From an uncultured Acidobacteriota bacterium (lineage in GTDB: Bacteria; Acidobacteriota; UBA6911): DNA of 64,000 bases. Shown here in pieces: positions 29,408 through 39,289 of the stretch. A program made the translations under genes and the position numbers. The stretch lies in contig CAWIVH010000001.1 in assembly GCA_963839475.1 (NCBI GenBank), forward strand, positions 844,627 through 908,626, given 5' to 3'. The notes beneath the pieces are model-generated. The model did no database searches. It was not told the origin of the DNA and was given only the letters and a program-made list of their open reading frames with translations. The stretch's first letter is position 1. Each line of letters opens with the position of its first letter.

Positions 29408-30460
29408 GTGAAAGCAGCCATTCTTTACAACGATCGAGATATACGTGCAGGGACCGCGCCCGATCCCGTCCCCGGGCCGGACGAGGTTCTGGTGGAACCG
29501 TCCTTTGCCGGAATTTGCGGCACCGACCTGCATATCTATCGGGGCGAATTCAAAGGCCGGGTCCAGTACCCGGCCATCCAGGGGCATGAATTCGGCGGGA
29601 CCATCGTTGAACTCGGAAAAAATGTGCGCCACTTAAAGACCGGCGAACGTGTGGTCGTGGATCCAATCATTTCCTGCCACGCCTGCCGGACCTGCCTGAC
29701 CGGCCATATCAATGCGTGCCAGTCGCTGAAGCTTATCGGCGTTGACCTCAACGGCGGTTTTGGCCAGCGCGTCGCGGTTCCGGCCAGCCACATTCTGCAC
29801 CTGCCCGATGCCATACCCATGGTGTATGCGCCGATGGTGGAGCTTTATGGCATCGCACACCATGTCTTGCGCCGAGGCCAAGTGCAGCTGGGTGAAACCG
29901 TGGTCATTCTTGGCTCGGGAAAAGTGGGCCTGTCGATCATCGATGTGTTGTCCCATGGCAGCAAAACCAACCTCATGATTTGTACCGACCGGCACGATTT
30001 CCGGCTGGATACTGCCCAGAAACTGGGCGCCGACTATCCCGTGAATATCATGCGGCAGGATCCTGTTGCCCTGGTCAGGGAAATCACCGGCGGCGTCGGA
30101 GCCGACTGCGTGATTGAGGCCGTGGGGCATTATTGTCTCGCCCCCGGTCAGCCCGCGCCGCTCGAACAGGCGGTGCAGATGATCAGGAACGGCGGCCGGA
30201 TCGTGACTCTGGGATTGGGGGACCATCCTTCCACGGTGAACTTCAAAACGCTGGTCATGAAGGAAGCGCAACTGATTGCTTCGAGAGTTACTTTGGGAGA
30301 GTTCACCCAGGCGGCAAGATTGATGGAAAAGCAGCTGTTGCACCCCGAGATCCTGATCACCCGGAAAATGGCCCTGGGCGAAGTGAGAGCAGCCTTCGAA
30401 GAGGTCGATCGGGAAAGTGGAGAAACTCTCAAGATTGTCCTCGACGTCCAGGCGGGCTAA
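29408..30460 (+). CDS. Zn-dependent medium-chain alcohol/polyol dehydrogenase (threonine/sorbitol DH-like)
   Basis: The catalytic zinc motif is GICGTDLHIY...GHEFGG, the structural zinc cysteines are CHACRTCLTGHINAC, and the Rossmann motif is GSGKVGL. The likely GTG start at 29408 has AAAGGAG upstream. Confidence 0.8.
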   Translation: MKAAILYNDRDIRAGTAPDPVPGPDEVLVEPSFAGICGTDLHIYRGEFKGRVQYPAIQGHEFGGTIVELGKNVRHLKTGERVVVDPIISCHACRTCLTGHINACQSLKLIGVDLNGGFGQRVAVPASHILHLPDAIPMVYAPMVELYGIAHHVLRRGQVQLGETVVILGSGKVGLSIIDVLSHGSKTNLMICTDRHDFRLDTAQKLGADYPVNIMRQDPVALVREITGGVGADCVIEAVGHYCLAPGQPAPLEQAVQMIRNGGRIVTLGLGDHPSTVNFKTLVMKEAQLIASRVTLGEFTQAARLMEKQLLHPEILITRKMALGEVRAAFEEVDRESGETLKIVLDVQAG

Positions 30461-30475
30461 AGGAACGAACCGTAT

Positions 30476-31810
30476 ATGAGCGTTTATGATCCGGCTCCAG
30501 GACAGCAGGTTTTCGGAGAAACCCTTCCCAGCTACGATGAATTGCAGGGTTGCATCCGCTGCGGGCGATGCCTCCCGGTTTGTCCGACCTACCAGGTCAC
30601 CCAGCTCGAGACCTACTCCCCCCGGGGCCGTTTGAGCCTTCTGCGCGCGGTGGAGGATGGCCACCTGGAAATATCTGCCGGGGTGGAGGCTCATCTCTAT
30701 CACTGCCTCGACTGCCGCGCCTGCAACACGGTCTGCCCGCCCGGAGTGCGCATTGGCGAACTTATCCTGCGAGGCAGGGTGGCGGCCGAAGAGAAGCATC
30801 CGCGCCCCTGGTGGATGAAATTCGTCCTGAAAAATGTACTCACCGGAGCGGCGCGCGCCGAACTGATGTCCGCCCCAATGCGCCTGGTAAGCAAGCTGCG
30901 GATCGACCGGGCCGCTGTCGGGCTGTTGGGCTGGATTCCGGGATTCGGCTCACGGATTCGCGAACTGGTGGACCTCGCCCCGTTTTTCGGCAAACCGATT
31001 CGCGGCGAACTCGCTGCGGTAACCCCGACGGCCGGTGAAAAGCAGCACAGGGTTGCGTTTTTCCTCGGCTGCATGATGAATGTCGCCATGCCCGAAGTGA
31101 GCCGTGCCACATTGCGGGTACTCACGCGTGCGGGTTGCGAGGTCGTGACCCCGCCCAACCCGATGTGCTGTGGGGCTCCACACGACGACCAGGGGATGCT
31201 CGAGCTTTCCCGTGAAATGGCCAGAAAGAATATCGCGATTTTTGAGCCGATCCTGGACGAGATCGATGCTGTGGTTACCGATTGCGCCGGATGCAGCGGA
31301 GCATTGAAGGAATATGCAGAGTGGCTCCATGATGACCCGGACTGGGCTGAGCGCGCCGGGAAATTCAGCGCCAAAGTGCGTGATATCACCGAGTGGCTGG
31401 ACCGCATCTGGCCTGCGGATTTGAAACTGGAGCACGAGCCCGTGCGAGCCACTTACCATGATCCCTGCCACCTGGCCAATGTGCAGGGTGTTAAAAAAGA
31501 GCCGCGCAATTTGCTGGCTCGCATCAGCGGGCTGGAAATGGTCCCGCTGCCCGACGGGCCGCCGACCCGGTGTTGCGGGAGTGCAGGTGTTTACAACGTT
31601 ACCCATGCTCCCATGTCATTGGAACTGCTAAAACGCAAAATGGAGGACGTCGCCTCGACGGGAGCCGACGTCGTAATAAGCGCCAATCCGGGCTGCCTGC
31701 TGCAGTTGGAGTGGGGCAACCGCCGCAGCGACCGGAAAACTGCCGTGAAACATGTGGTGCAGATGCTGGACGAGAGCATGAACGGCACGTCGCCTTCGAA
31801 GCGTCAATAA
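30476..31810 (+). CDS. Fe-S oxidoreductase, GlcF/LutA/HdrD-like (2x[4Fe-4S] + two CCG domains)
   Basis: It carries CIRCGRCLPVCP and CLDCRACNTVCPPGV ferredoxin motifs, plus two cysteine-rich CCG domains (PMCCGAPHD; RCCGSAGVY). Confidence 0.8.
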   Translation: MSVYDPAPGQQVFGETLPSYDELQGCIRCGRCLPVCPTYQVTQLETYSPRGRLSLLRAVEDGHLEISAGVEAHLYHCLDCRACNTVCPPGVRIGELILRGRVAAEEKHPRPWWMKFVLKNVLTGAARAELMSAPMRLVSKLRIDRAAVGLLGWIPGFGSRIRELVDLAPFFGKPIRGELAAVTPTAGEKQHRVAFFLGCMMNVAMPEVSRATLRVLTRAGCEVVTPPNPMCCGAPHDDQGMLELSREMARKNIAIFEPILDEIDAVVTDCAGCSGALKEYAEWLHDDPDWAERAGKFSAKVRDITEWLDRIWPADLKLEHEPVRATYHDPCHLANVQGVKKEPRNLLARISGLEMVPLPDGPPTRCCGSAGVYNVTHAPMSLELLKRKMEDVASTGADVVISANPGCLLQLEWGNRRSDRKTAVKHVVQMLDESMNGTSPSKRQ

Positions 31811-31834
31811 TCATCCGTAGAGATGGAGGCATCC

Positions 31835-33226
31835 ATGGATCCCAGGATCATCAGCGAAATCAGGCGGGAGATCGGCGAAGAACGGGTCGGCACGCAGCCC
31901 GAAGACCTGGCGGCGTACGCCTACGACGGGACTTGGTCGGAGAACCGACCCGATATCGTGGTACATCCTGAAGAAACGGTTCATGTTGCCGCGGTCCTGA
32001 AAATCGCCCAGGCCCACCGCATCCCCGTCGTGCCGCGCGGTTCGGGGACCGGTTTGGCCGGCGGGTCCCTTCCCGTCCCCGGTTCCATTTGCCTGAATTT
32101 CGCGCGCATGAACCGGATTCTCGAAATATCAGCCGCCGACACCCTGGCCGTCGTTCAGCCCGGCGTCATCACTTTCGACCTTCAAAAAGCGGTGGAGCGA
32201 CACGGCTTCTTTTATCCCCCTGATCCTGCAAGTGTCTATCAATGCTCTATCGGCGGGAACGTTGCAACAAACGCCGGCGGGCCCCGCTGTCTTAAATACG
32301 GGGTCACCGGCGACTATGTTCTCGGACTCGAGGTCGTGCTGGCCGGCGGACAAGTCCTTCGGCTCGGGGGCAGGACCATCAAAGATGTCGCCGCCTATAA
32401 TCTCAAACAGGTTTTCATTGGCTCGGAAGGGACGCTCGGGGCAGTGACGGAAGTGACGGTTCGCCTAATCCCGAAGCCGGCAGCCCAGCGCACCGCGCTG
32501 GCAGCCTTCCCAAGGCTGGGAGATGCCTGTAGTGCGGTTGGCAGCATCCTGCAGGCGGGGATCGTTCCGCTCGTCACCGAACTGATGGACCAGGCGACCA
32601 CCCGGGCCGTGGACGAGTTCAAGCACCTCGGATTGCCGACAGACGTCGAGGCCTTGCTCCTGGTGGCGGTGGACGGCGATAGTGATCTGGTGCAAAAGGA
32701 AATCCTCCAGGTTGCCGACATTCTTAAAAAGTCGGGTGCCCGGGACGTTCGCCACGCTCAATCGGCTCAGGAGTCCGAAGCTCTTTGGGAAGCCCGGCGC
32801 AGCATCAGTCCGGCGATTGCGCGCCTGGCCAGGAACAAGCTGGGCGAGGATATCACCGTGCCTCGAAGCAAGATCCCTCAAATGGTGGCGCGACTGCAGG
32901 AAATCGGACGGGAACATGATCTTAAAATGGTGGTCTATGGGCACATTGGCGACGGCAACCTCCATCCTACAATTCTTTGTGATCGCCGGGACGCCGCGAT
33001 GATGCACAGAGTGGAAATAGCTGCAGCTGCAGTACTTAAAGCTTCCATCGAACTCGGGGGCACTTTGACGGGAGAACATGGCATCGGCATTTTCAAGCGC
33101 GATTATGTGGCCGCCGGCGTCAATCCCGGCGCCCTGGGATGGATGAAAGAACTCAAGCGGCTCTTCGACCCCCAGGACATCATGAATCCCGGCAAAAAAC
33201 TTCCGCCCGATCCATCCTCCCGCTGA
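31835..33226 (+). CDS. FAD-linked oxidase, GlcD/D-lactate dehydrogenase family
   Basis: The FAD-binding PCMH domain includes VVPRGSGTGLAGGS and the C-terminal is FAD-oxidase_C (GGTLTGEHGIG). Trimmed to the ATG at 31835, which has a GGAGG SD upstream. Confidence 0.8.
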   Translation: MDPRIISEIRREIGEERVGTQPEDLAAYAYDGTWSENRPDIVVHPEETVHVAAVLKIAQAHRIPVVPRGSGTGLAGGSLPVPGSICLNFARMNRILEISAADTLAVVQPGVITFDLQKAVERHGFFYPPDPASVYQCSIGGNVATNAGGPRCLKYGVTGDYVLGLEVVLAGGQVLRLGGRTIKDVAAYNLKQVFIGSEGTLGAVTEVTVRLIPKPAAQRTALAAFPRLGDACSAVGSILQAGIVPLVTELMDQATTRAVDEFKHLGLPTDVEALLLVAVDGDSDLVQKEILQVADILKKSGARDVRHAQSAQESEALWEARRSISPAIARLARNKLGEDITVPRSKIPQMVARLQEIGREHDLKMVVYGHIGDGNLHPTILCDRRDAAMMHRVEIAAAAVLKASIELGGTLTGEHGIGIFKRDYVAAGVNPGALGWMKELKRLFDPQDIMNPGKKLPPDPSSR

Positions 33227-33438
33227 ACCACGATGACCGCCATGGGAGTACGTCGCCACATCAATCCGCTAAACCATAAGCTCTAAACAGTTTCCGGCTA
33301 CAAGCGGCTTCGGGCTCCTTCCCTTCCCGTAATAGTCGGAAAGTCGCGACGTATATATGAGTGGCCCTGGAGAACTCGGGTGCGGGGCAAAATTCACCGG
33401 GCCATTGAAAGTCGCCCCGCAAAGGGGAGTGATGAACC

Positions 33439-34914
33439 ATGGCGGCAAAGCGTTGGTACCAAAGCAAATACCTATGGATAGTTGTGTTTCTCCTCTCGGC
33501 CTCCGGCAGCGTTGGGGCTTGGCGCGTCTTTACCGTGAAAGCCGACAAACCAGCTTACCTGTTCGCACCTATTGACAAAGGCGATATCGTGCTGCAAGTT
33601 GCAGCCAACGGCACTCTTGCCGCTGTAACGACGGTAATGGTCGGGACCCAGGTTAGCGGGATCATCGATGAGCTTTACGCCGACTTCAATTCCGAGGTTA
33701 AAAAAGGCCAGCTGCTGGCCAAGCTGAATCCGGACCTTTTCGAGGCTCAGGTGCAGCAGGCCGAAGCCAGCGTCCGCGCGGCCGAAGCCACTCTGAACGA
33801 CGATTTGGCTAGCATTGCCAGCGCCAAGGCGAACCTTGAAAAAGCCAAGGTCGATGTTCTCGACAAGGGAAGGAAAATCAAACGGCAGAAAGAGCTTTTC
33901 GATCAAAACCTGATAGCCCGCGACGATCTGGATACAGCCCAGGCAGCAAACGATGCTGCCGTGGCGACACAAAACGCCGCCGAAGCCCAGTTGGAATCTG
34001 CGCAAGCGCGGTTCAAGGCCGATCAGTCAAGGCTGCAGCAAGCTCAGGCTAATCTCGAAACCAGCAAGGTCAACCTCGAGCACACCATCATCACCAGCCC
34101 CATCTCAGGCACCATCATTTCCCGCAGCGTGGATCGCGGCCAGACTGTAGCTGCAAGTTTCTCCTCTCCGACACTTTTTACGATCGGGGAAGATCTCACC
34201 AAAATGCAGGTCAACACCAACATCGACGAGGCGGATGTGGGCCGGATCAAGACCGGAATGGAGGCCGCCTTCACAGTAGATGCTTACCCCGGAGAAACCT
34301 TCTCCGGCACCATCAGCCAGATCCGGCTAGCCGCCACAACGGTGCAGAATGTCGTCACCTACAATGCGATTATCGATGTCCCCAACCCACAGCTGAAGTT
34401 AAAACCGGGCATGACAGCCAACGTCAAGATTCTGATTGAAAAGGCTGAGAAGGTCCTGAAGTTCCCGAATTCGGCCTTGCGCTTCAAGCCCAGCCTCTCT
34501 GATTTAGAAATGGAGGCGGCTTTCAAACGATCGGGTGAGGAGAAGTATTACCAATACCTAAAATCCGTAGCCCCCGCCGGATCGACTCGGGCGGTCCGCC
34601 AATCGAGCAACGGATTCCGGCCCGGCGGCGGAGGTGGCCCCGCCGGGTCCGGGCAGGCCCCGGCTGTGCGTCCTTCGAACCGTGGAAGACGCATTCCCCT
34701 CTGGATCCTGGGAGATGACAAACAGATCCGGCCAGTGTTGGTTCGGATTGGCCTCAGCGATGGTGTTTCGACCGAGATCTCAGAAGGAAAGCTGAAGGAA
34801 GGCGACAAGATCATCGTTGGTCTCGAGGTCGACCCCAATCGCATGTCGGCCACCACGATGCGCCCGCCCGGGCTCGGCGGAATGATGGGAGGCATGGGAG
34901 GACTGCGTCGCTAA
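33439..34914 (+). CDS. HlyD/MacA-family periplasmic adaptor (membrane fusion protein) with Gly/Met-rich C-terminal tail
   Basis: It has an N-terminal TM anchor, a biotinyl/lipoyl-like barrel (VSGIIDELYADFNSEVKKGQLLAKL), a long coiled-coil hairpin, and the tail PPGLGGMMGGMGGLRR. Confidence 0.8.
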   Translation: MAAKRWYQSKYLWIVVFLLSASGSVGAWRVFTVKADKPAYLFAPIDKGDIVLQVAANGTLAAVTTVMVGTQVSGIIDELYADFNSEVKKGQLLAKLNPDLFEAQVQQAEASVRAAEATLNDDLASIASAKANLEKAKVDVLDKGRKIKRQKELFDQNLIARDDLDTAQAANDAAVATQNAAEAQLESAQARFKADQSRLQQAQANLETSKVNLEHTIITSPISGTIISRSVDRGQTVAASFSSPTLFTIGEDLTKMQVNTNIDEADVGRIKTGMEAAFTVDAYPGETFSGTISQIRLAATTVQNVVTYNAIIDVPNPQLKLKPGMTANVKILIEKAEKVLKFPNSALRFKPSLSDLEMEAAFKRSGEEKYYQYLKSVAPAGSTRAVRQSSNGFRPGGGGGPAGSGQAPAVRPSNRGRRIPLWILGDDKQIRPVLVRIGLSDGVSTEISEGKLKEGDKIIVGLEVDPNRMSATTMRPPGLGGMMGGMGGLRR

Positions 34915-35038
34915 TGGAAGGCGGATTTATCCGCCGGACCGGTGAAATGGGACCGGCGGATTCTTCCACCTAAAGGCGAATTGATAGCGCCCTTTAAAGC
35001 CATCCGAGTGGCTAAAGGGTAGCCGGGGAGGATTGGCG

Positions 35039-36256
35039 ATGTTCCTTTTTACGATAATTCACATTGCCCTCGAGGCGCTTGCGCGCAACAAGATGCGATC
35101 AATCCTGACGATGCTGGGGATCATCATCGGCGTAAGTGCCGTAATCGCCATGGTCAGCATCGGTCAGGGAGCCCAGGCTACCATCCAGGAACAGATCGCC
35201 AGCGCCGGCAGCAACATGCTATTCGTTTCAGCCGGTTCCTGGAACCACGGCGGGGTTCGCAGCGGGGCCGGGACTTCCAGCACCCTCACAGTCGAAGACT
35301 ACCAGGCTATCGTCAGAGAATGCCCTGCGGTTAAATCGGCTTCGCCGGTGGTACGTGCGAACGGCCCCATCGTATTTGGCAACCAGAACTGGGCTACCAA
35401 TATCCAGGGGGTGAATACATCTTTCCCCCAGATCAAATTGTGGGATGTCAGCCGGGGAGAGTTTTTTACCAGCCAGGATGAAAACTCCGCACAACGGGTC
35501 TGCCTGCTCGGTCAAACCGTTGTCGACAATCTCTTTGCAGGCCAGGATCCAGTCGGTCAGGAAATCCGGATCCGCAACTCCCCCTGGAGGGTGATCGGCG
35601 TTCTGAAAGCCAAGGGGCAAAGCGGCATGGGGCAGGATCAGGATGACACGATCGTCGCTCCCTATACCACCGTTCAAAAGAAAATGCTGGGTATCACGTA
35701 TATCCATGCCATTATGGTATCAGCGATCACGCAGGCATCGACTTCGACAGCCGAATCACAAATCACCGATTTGTTGAGACAGCGCCATCACATTCCGCCA
35801 AGCGAGGACCCTGATTTCTTCGTCCGCAACCTCTCGGACATTGCCGAACTGGCCAACAATTCGAACAAGGTCATGACGCTGCTCCTGGGCAGCATCGCTT
35901 TTGTGAGCCTGATTGTGGGTGGTATCGGCGTGATGAACATCATGCTGGTCTCGGTAACGGAAAGGACGCGCGAGATCGGGATCCGGATGGCAGTAGGTGC
36001 AACCGGAGGCGACATCCAATTCCAATTTTTAACGGAAGCCATAGTTCTGGCCGTCTTGGGCGGACTCCTTGGAATTGCCATGGGACTGGCAAGTTCCCAT
36101 GTGATTTCTGATTTCCTGGGCTGGCCGACCCTGGTTTCAACAGCCGCTATAGGAATGGCGTTTTCGTTTGCCGGGGCCATTGGGGTCAGTGCCGGGTGGT
36201 ATCCGGCGCGCAAGGCTTCCCGGCTCGATCCCATCGACGCGTTGCGGTTCGAGTAG
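35039..36256 (+). CDS. ABC-transporter permease, MacB/FtsX family (no fused ATPase)
   Basis: It has TM1, a large periplasmic MacB-type core domain, and three C-terminal TMs (FtsX fold). The ATG at 35039 has a GGGGAGG SD 7 nt upstream. Confidence 0.8.
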   Translation: MFLFTIIHIALEALARNKMRSILTMLGIIIGVSAVIAMVSIGQGAQATIQEQIASAGSNMLFVSAGSWNHGGVRSGAGTSSTLTVEDYQAIVRECPAVKSASPVVRANGPIVFGNQNWATNIQGVNTSFPQIKLWDVSRGEFFTSQDENSAQRVCLLGQTVVDNLFAGQDPVGQEIRIRNSPWRVIGVLKAKGQSGMGQDQDDTIVAPYTTVQKKMLGITYIHAIMVSAITQASTSTAESQITDLLRQRHHIPPSEDPDFFVRNLSDIAELANNSNKVMTLLLGSIAFVSLIVGGIGVMNIMLVSVTERTREIGIRMAVGATGGDIQFQFLTEAIVLAVLGGLLGIAMGLASSHVISDFLGWPTLVSTAAIGMAFSFAGAIGVSAGWYPARKASRLDPIDALRFE

Positions 36257-36421
36257 CTTGTTCCTGTAGGAATTAGGGGCTGTCTTTGGAGGCTATTCCG
36301 GAACTTGGACATGCTGAAATATGGATCGGGCTTTCGGCCCTCTTCTTCGTTCCAGAGGATTCCTGGGATTAGCCCCTAGGCGGTCTGGAATGAGCATTCG
36401 CGGGCAATCTTAAGCAGTGGT

Positions 36422-36450
36422 TTGACACCCCTGAGGCTACCGCCTATACT
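36422..36450 (+). promoter_or_regulatory. Near-consensus sigma70 promoter TTGACA-N17-TATACT for the GWxTD gene
   Basis: TTGACA is at 36422-36427 and TATACT at 36445-36450. A GGAG SD precedes the ATG at 36488. Confidence 0.55.
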
Positions 36451-36487
36451 TTGGGGGTAGTTTAAGCTTTCCCAGCGGAGTGGCATT

Positions 36488-38173
36488 ATGCGCACCAAAA
36501 GATATCTGTCTATTCTTATTCTCGCTTTTGGCCTGAGCTCGGCATGGAGTCAGTCGAACCCTCAGGCGCCAAAGGAAACCTCCAAGAGCTCTTCGAAAAA
36601 GGAAAAGGCCAAAAAGGGCTCGATAGAGGGTTCGCGAGCTGCCTACTACAAAAAGTGGCTCGACGAAGATGTGATTTACATCATCAGCGAGGAGGAGAAA
36701 AAGGTATTCAAGGATCTCCAGTCCGACGAAGAGCGGGAGAGCTTCATCGAGCAGTTCTGGCTGCGAAGGGACACCGACCCGCGGACGCCCGACAATGAAT
36801 TCAAGGAAGAACACTATCGCCGGATCGCCTACTCCAACGAACGCTACGCTTCCGGCATCCCGGGGTGGAAAACGGACCGGGGCAGAATCTACATCATGTA
36901 CGGGCAGCCGGCCGAGATCGATTCACACCCGTCGGGAGGCACCTACAACCGGGAAATCTATGAGGGCGGCGGAACTACGTCAACCTTTCCCTTTGAGCGC
37001 TGGCGTTACCGGCATATCGACGGCATCGGAGATGATATTGAAATCGAGTTCGTCGACAGGTCCATGACCGGCGAATATAGAATCGCCATGAGCCCGGACG
37101 AAAAGGACGCCCTGATGTTCGTTCCGGGAGCCGGCTTGACCCTTAACGAAGAAATGGGCCTGAGCAAGAAGGAAGACCGGCCATTCTTCAATCCGTCGGC
37201 GTACAACGATCCGTCCCAGGGCGGATATATGCGTGCCAAAGACCAGCCCTTCGAGCGCATGGCGCAGTACTTCAACCTGCAGCGGCCGCCCACGATCAAG
37301 TTCGAGGACCTGCGGAGCGTGGTGACTACCCATGTCACCTACAGCAACCTCCCTTATGAAGTCAGGACCGACTATATCCGGCTTTCCACCGACAAGGTCC
37401 TGGTCCCGATTACAATTGAACTCCAGAACAAGACGCTCGAGTTCAAGAAGGAGCTTGATTTCAATCGGGCTGGCGTCAATGTTTACGGTATCGTTACAAG
37501 TCTAACAGGGAGGATCCAGGCTGAGTTTGAGCATGTGATCTCGGCCGAATTTGTGGACGCCCAATTTGAAGTAGGCAAACAGTCGCGTTCCATTTACCAG
37601 AAAATCGTGGCTTTGCCCCCGGGCCAGCGCTTCAAGCTGGACCTCGTGCTCAAGGATGTCAACAGCAACAACACAGGCGTCGTCAGCCGGGGCTTGGTGG
37701 TTCCAAAGTATGACGCGGAAACTCTCCAGGCAAGCAGTGTCATCCTGGCCAACAAAGTCGAACCCGTGGCCACGAATTCCGACCAGTTAGAGCAGTTCGT
37801 GATCGGCGACCTGAAGGTCCAGCCCAATGTCAAAGCGGAGTACAGGCTGGGGCAGAATCTGATTCCTTACCTGCAGATCTACAACGCCACCATGGATCAG
37901 ACCAGCCTCAAACCCTCGCTGGAAATCAGCTACACCATTAAATCGGGGGGCAAGGTCGTCCGTGAATTGAAAGACAATGCCGGAAATTCGATCCAGTTTT
38001 TCTCCGGTGTGCGCATCGTTGTCCTGGGAACAATCCCCATCCAGGACCTTGCGCCGGGCAAATATACGCTTTCGATCGGCATCAAGGACCTGATCGCCAA
38101 CCGGGAGGTTCAATCCGACGCCGACTTCAAGGTGGTGGAAAGCCCCGCGACGGCAGTAGCAGTCTCGAAATAG
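36488..38173 (+). CDS. GWxTD-domain secreted protein
   Basis: It has a signal peptide (MRTKRYLSILILAFGLSSAWSQ) and the family-defining GIPGWKTDRGRIYIMYGQP motif. This family is typical of Acidobacteria and Bacteroidetes and has no known function. Confidence 0.75.
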   Translation: MRTKRYLSILILAFGLSSAWSQSNPQAPKETSKSSSKKEKAKKGSIEGSRAAYYKKWLDEDVIYIISEEEKKVFKDLQSDEERESFIEQFWLRRDTDPRTPDNEFKEEHYRRIAYSNERYASGIPGWKTDRGRIYIMYGQPAEIDSHPSGGTYNREIYEGGGTTSTFPFERWRYRHIDGIGDDIEIEFVDRSMTGEYRIAMSPDEKDALMFVPGAGLTLNEEMGLSKKEDRPFFNPSAYNDPSQGGYMRAKDQPFERMAQYFNLQRPPTIKFEDLRSVVTTHVTYSNLPYEVRTDYIRLSTDKVLVPITIELQNKTLEFKKELDFNRAGVNVYGIVTSLTGRIQAEFEHVISAEFVDAQFEVGKQSRSIYQKIVALPPGQRFKLDLVLKDVNSNNTGVVSRGLVVPKYDAETLQASSVILANKVEPVATNSDQLEQFVIGDLKVQPNVKAEYRLGQNLIPYLQIYNATMDQTSLKPSLEISYTIKSGGKVVRELKDNAGNSIQFFSGVRIVVLGTIPIQDLAPGKYTLSIGIKDLIANREVQSDADFKVVESPATAVAVSK

Positions 38174-38209
38174 GGAAAGAACCCAACCGCGAAGACCGCG
38201 AAAAACATT

Positions 38210-39277
38210 ATGCCGCACTGCCAGGGGCCAGCCGTGGAAGTATCCATCGTAATTCCGACCTGGCGGGGTCGACAGTTGCTAGAAGCCTACCTGCCGTCAG
38301 TCATTGCCGCAGCGGAAACCTTTCAAAACATCAGTGAAAAGCAGACGGAGATCGTAATCGTTGAAGATGCCGGCGGAGACGACACGGCCGAGTGGATTCG
38401 GAGGACATGGCCGGATCGCATCCGATTGATTGTCCACGGGAAAAACCTCGGCTTCTGCGCCGCCTGCCAGACCGGCTTTGAAGAGAGCCGCGGCCGGTTG
38501 ATACTGCTGCTGAATAACGATGTGCGTTTGAATCCAGACTGCATCAGCCCCCTGGTGGAACATTTCCGCGATCCCGCTGTCTTCGCGGTAACCGGCAAGC
38601 TGCTCAGCCAGAAAGGTGATCAGTTCTGTAACGGAGGCAAAGTTGCACGCTTTCGCCGGGGAATGTGGAGCACGTACGAAAATTACGATCTCAAAATGGC
38701 GAGCGAAGCCGGACAGCCTCTCTTTTCGTTTACGGCGATCGGCGCCTTTTCGATCTACGACCGCTCCAAGCTGCTGGAGACCGGCGGCTTCGATCCTCTC
38801 ACCGCCATGGTGGAGGATGTGGAGCTTTCGTATCGCGGCTGGAAAAGAGGGTGGGTCATCCTGTATGAACCCAGGAGCGTAGCCTACCACGATGCCAGCC
38901 AAACCATGGACCGCCGCTATAAGCGAAAAGCCCTGGACAAAATATCCCGGCGCAGCCGCATTCTGATGCACTGGATGCTGCTCCATGATCCGGAGATGTT
39001 CGCAAGGCATTTGACTTCGATTGCAGGCCGATTCCTGGTCAGCTGGCTTATACTGGACTGGCGCTTTTATTGGTCCATTTTCACCGGCCTGCAAAACCTG
39101 TCGACCATCCGGCGGAAGCGGAGCGAAACCCGCCGCACAATGAAGCGGAAGGATGGCGAAATCATGCGAATACTGGAATCCTTTTATCGCACCGCACCGA
39201 TCGAGGTCCGAAGGCCCTGGAGCCCGGTGCGCCCCGAAGAGATGGCTCTGCAGCAGCCGGTTCATGAAGGCCGCTGA
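38210..39277 (+). CDS. Glycosyltransferase family 2
   Basis: VSIVIPTWRGRQLLEAYLPSV...VIVEDAGGDDT...LLNNDV are GT-A DxD-type motifs. Confidence 0.8.
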   Translation: MPHCQGPAVEVSIVIPTWRGRQLLEAYLPSVIAAAETFQNISEKQTEIVIVEDAGGDDTAEWIRRTWPDRIRLIVHGKNLGFCAACQTGFEESRGRLILLLNNDVRLNPDCISPLVEHFRDPAVFAVTGKLLSQKGDQFCNGGKVARFRRGMWSTYENYDLKMASEAGQPLFSFTAIGAFSIYDRSKLLETGGFDPLTAMVEDVELSYRGWKRGWVILYEPRSVAYHDASQTMDRRYKRKALDKISRRSRILMHWMLLHDPEMFARHLTSIAGRFLVSWLILDWRFYWSIFTGLQNLSTIRRKRSETRRTMKRKDGEIMRILESFYRTAPIEVRRPWSPVRPEEMALQQPVHEGR

Positions 39278-39289
39278 GTCTGGACCGCC

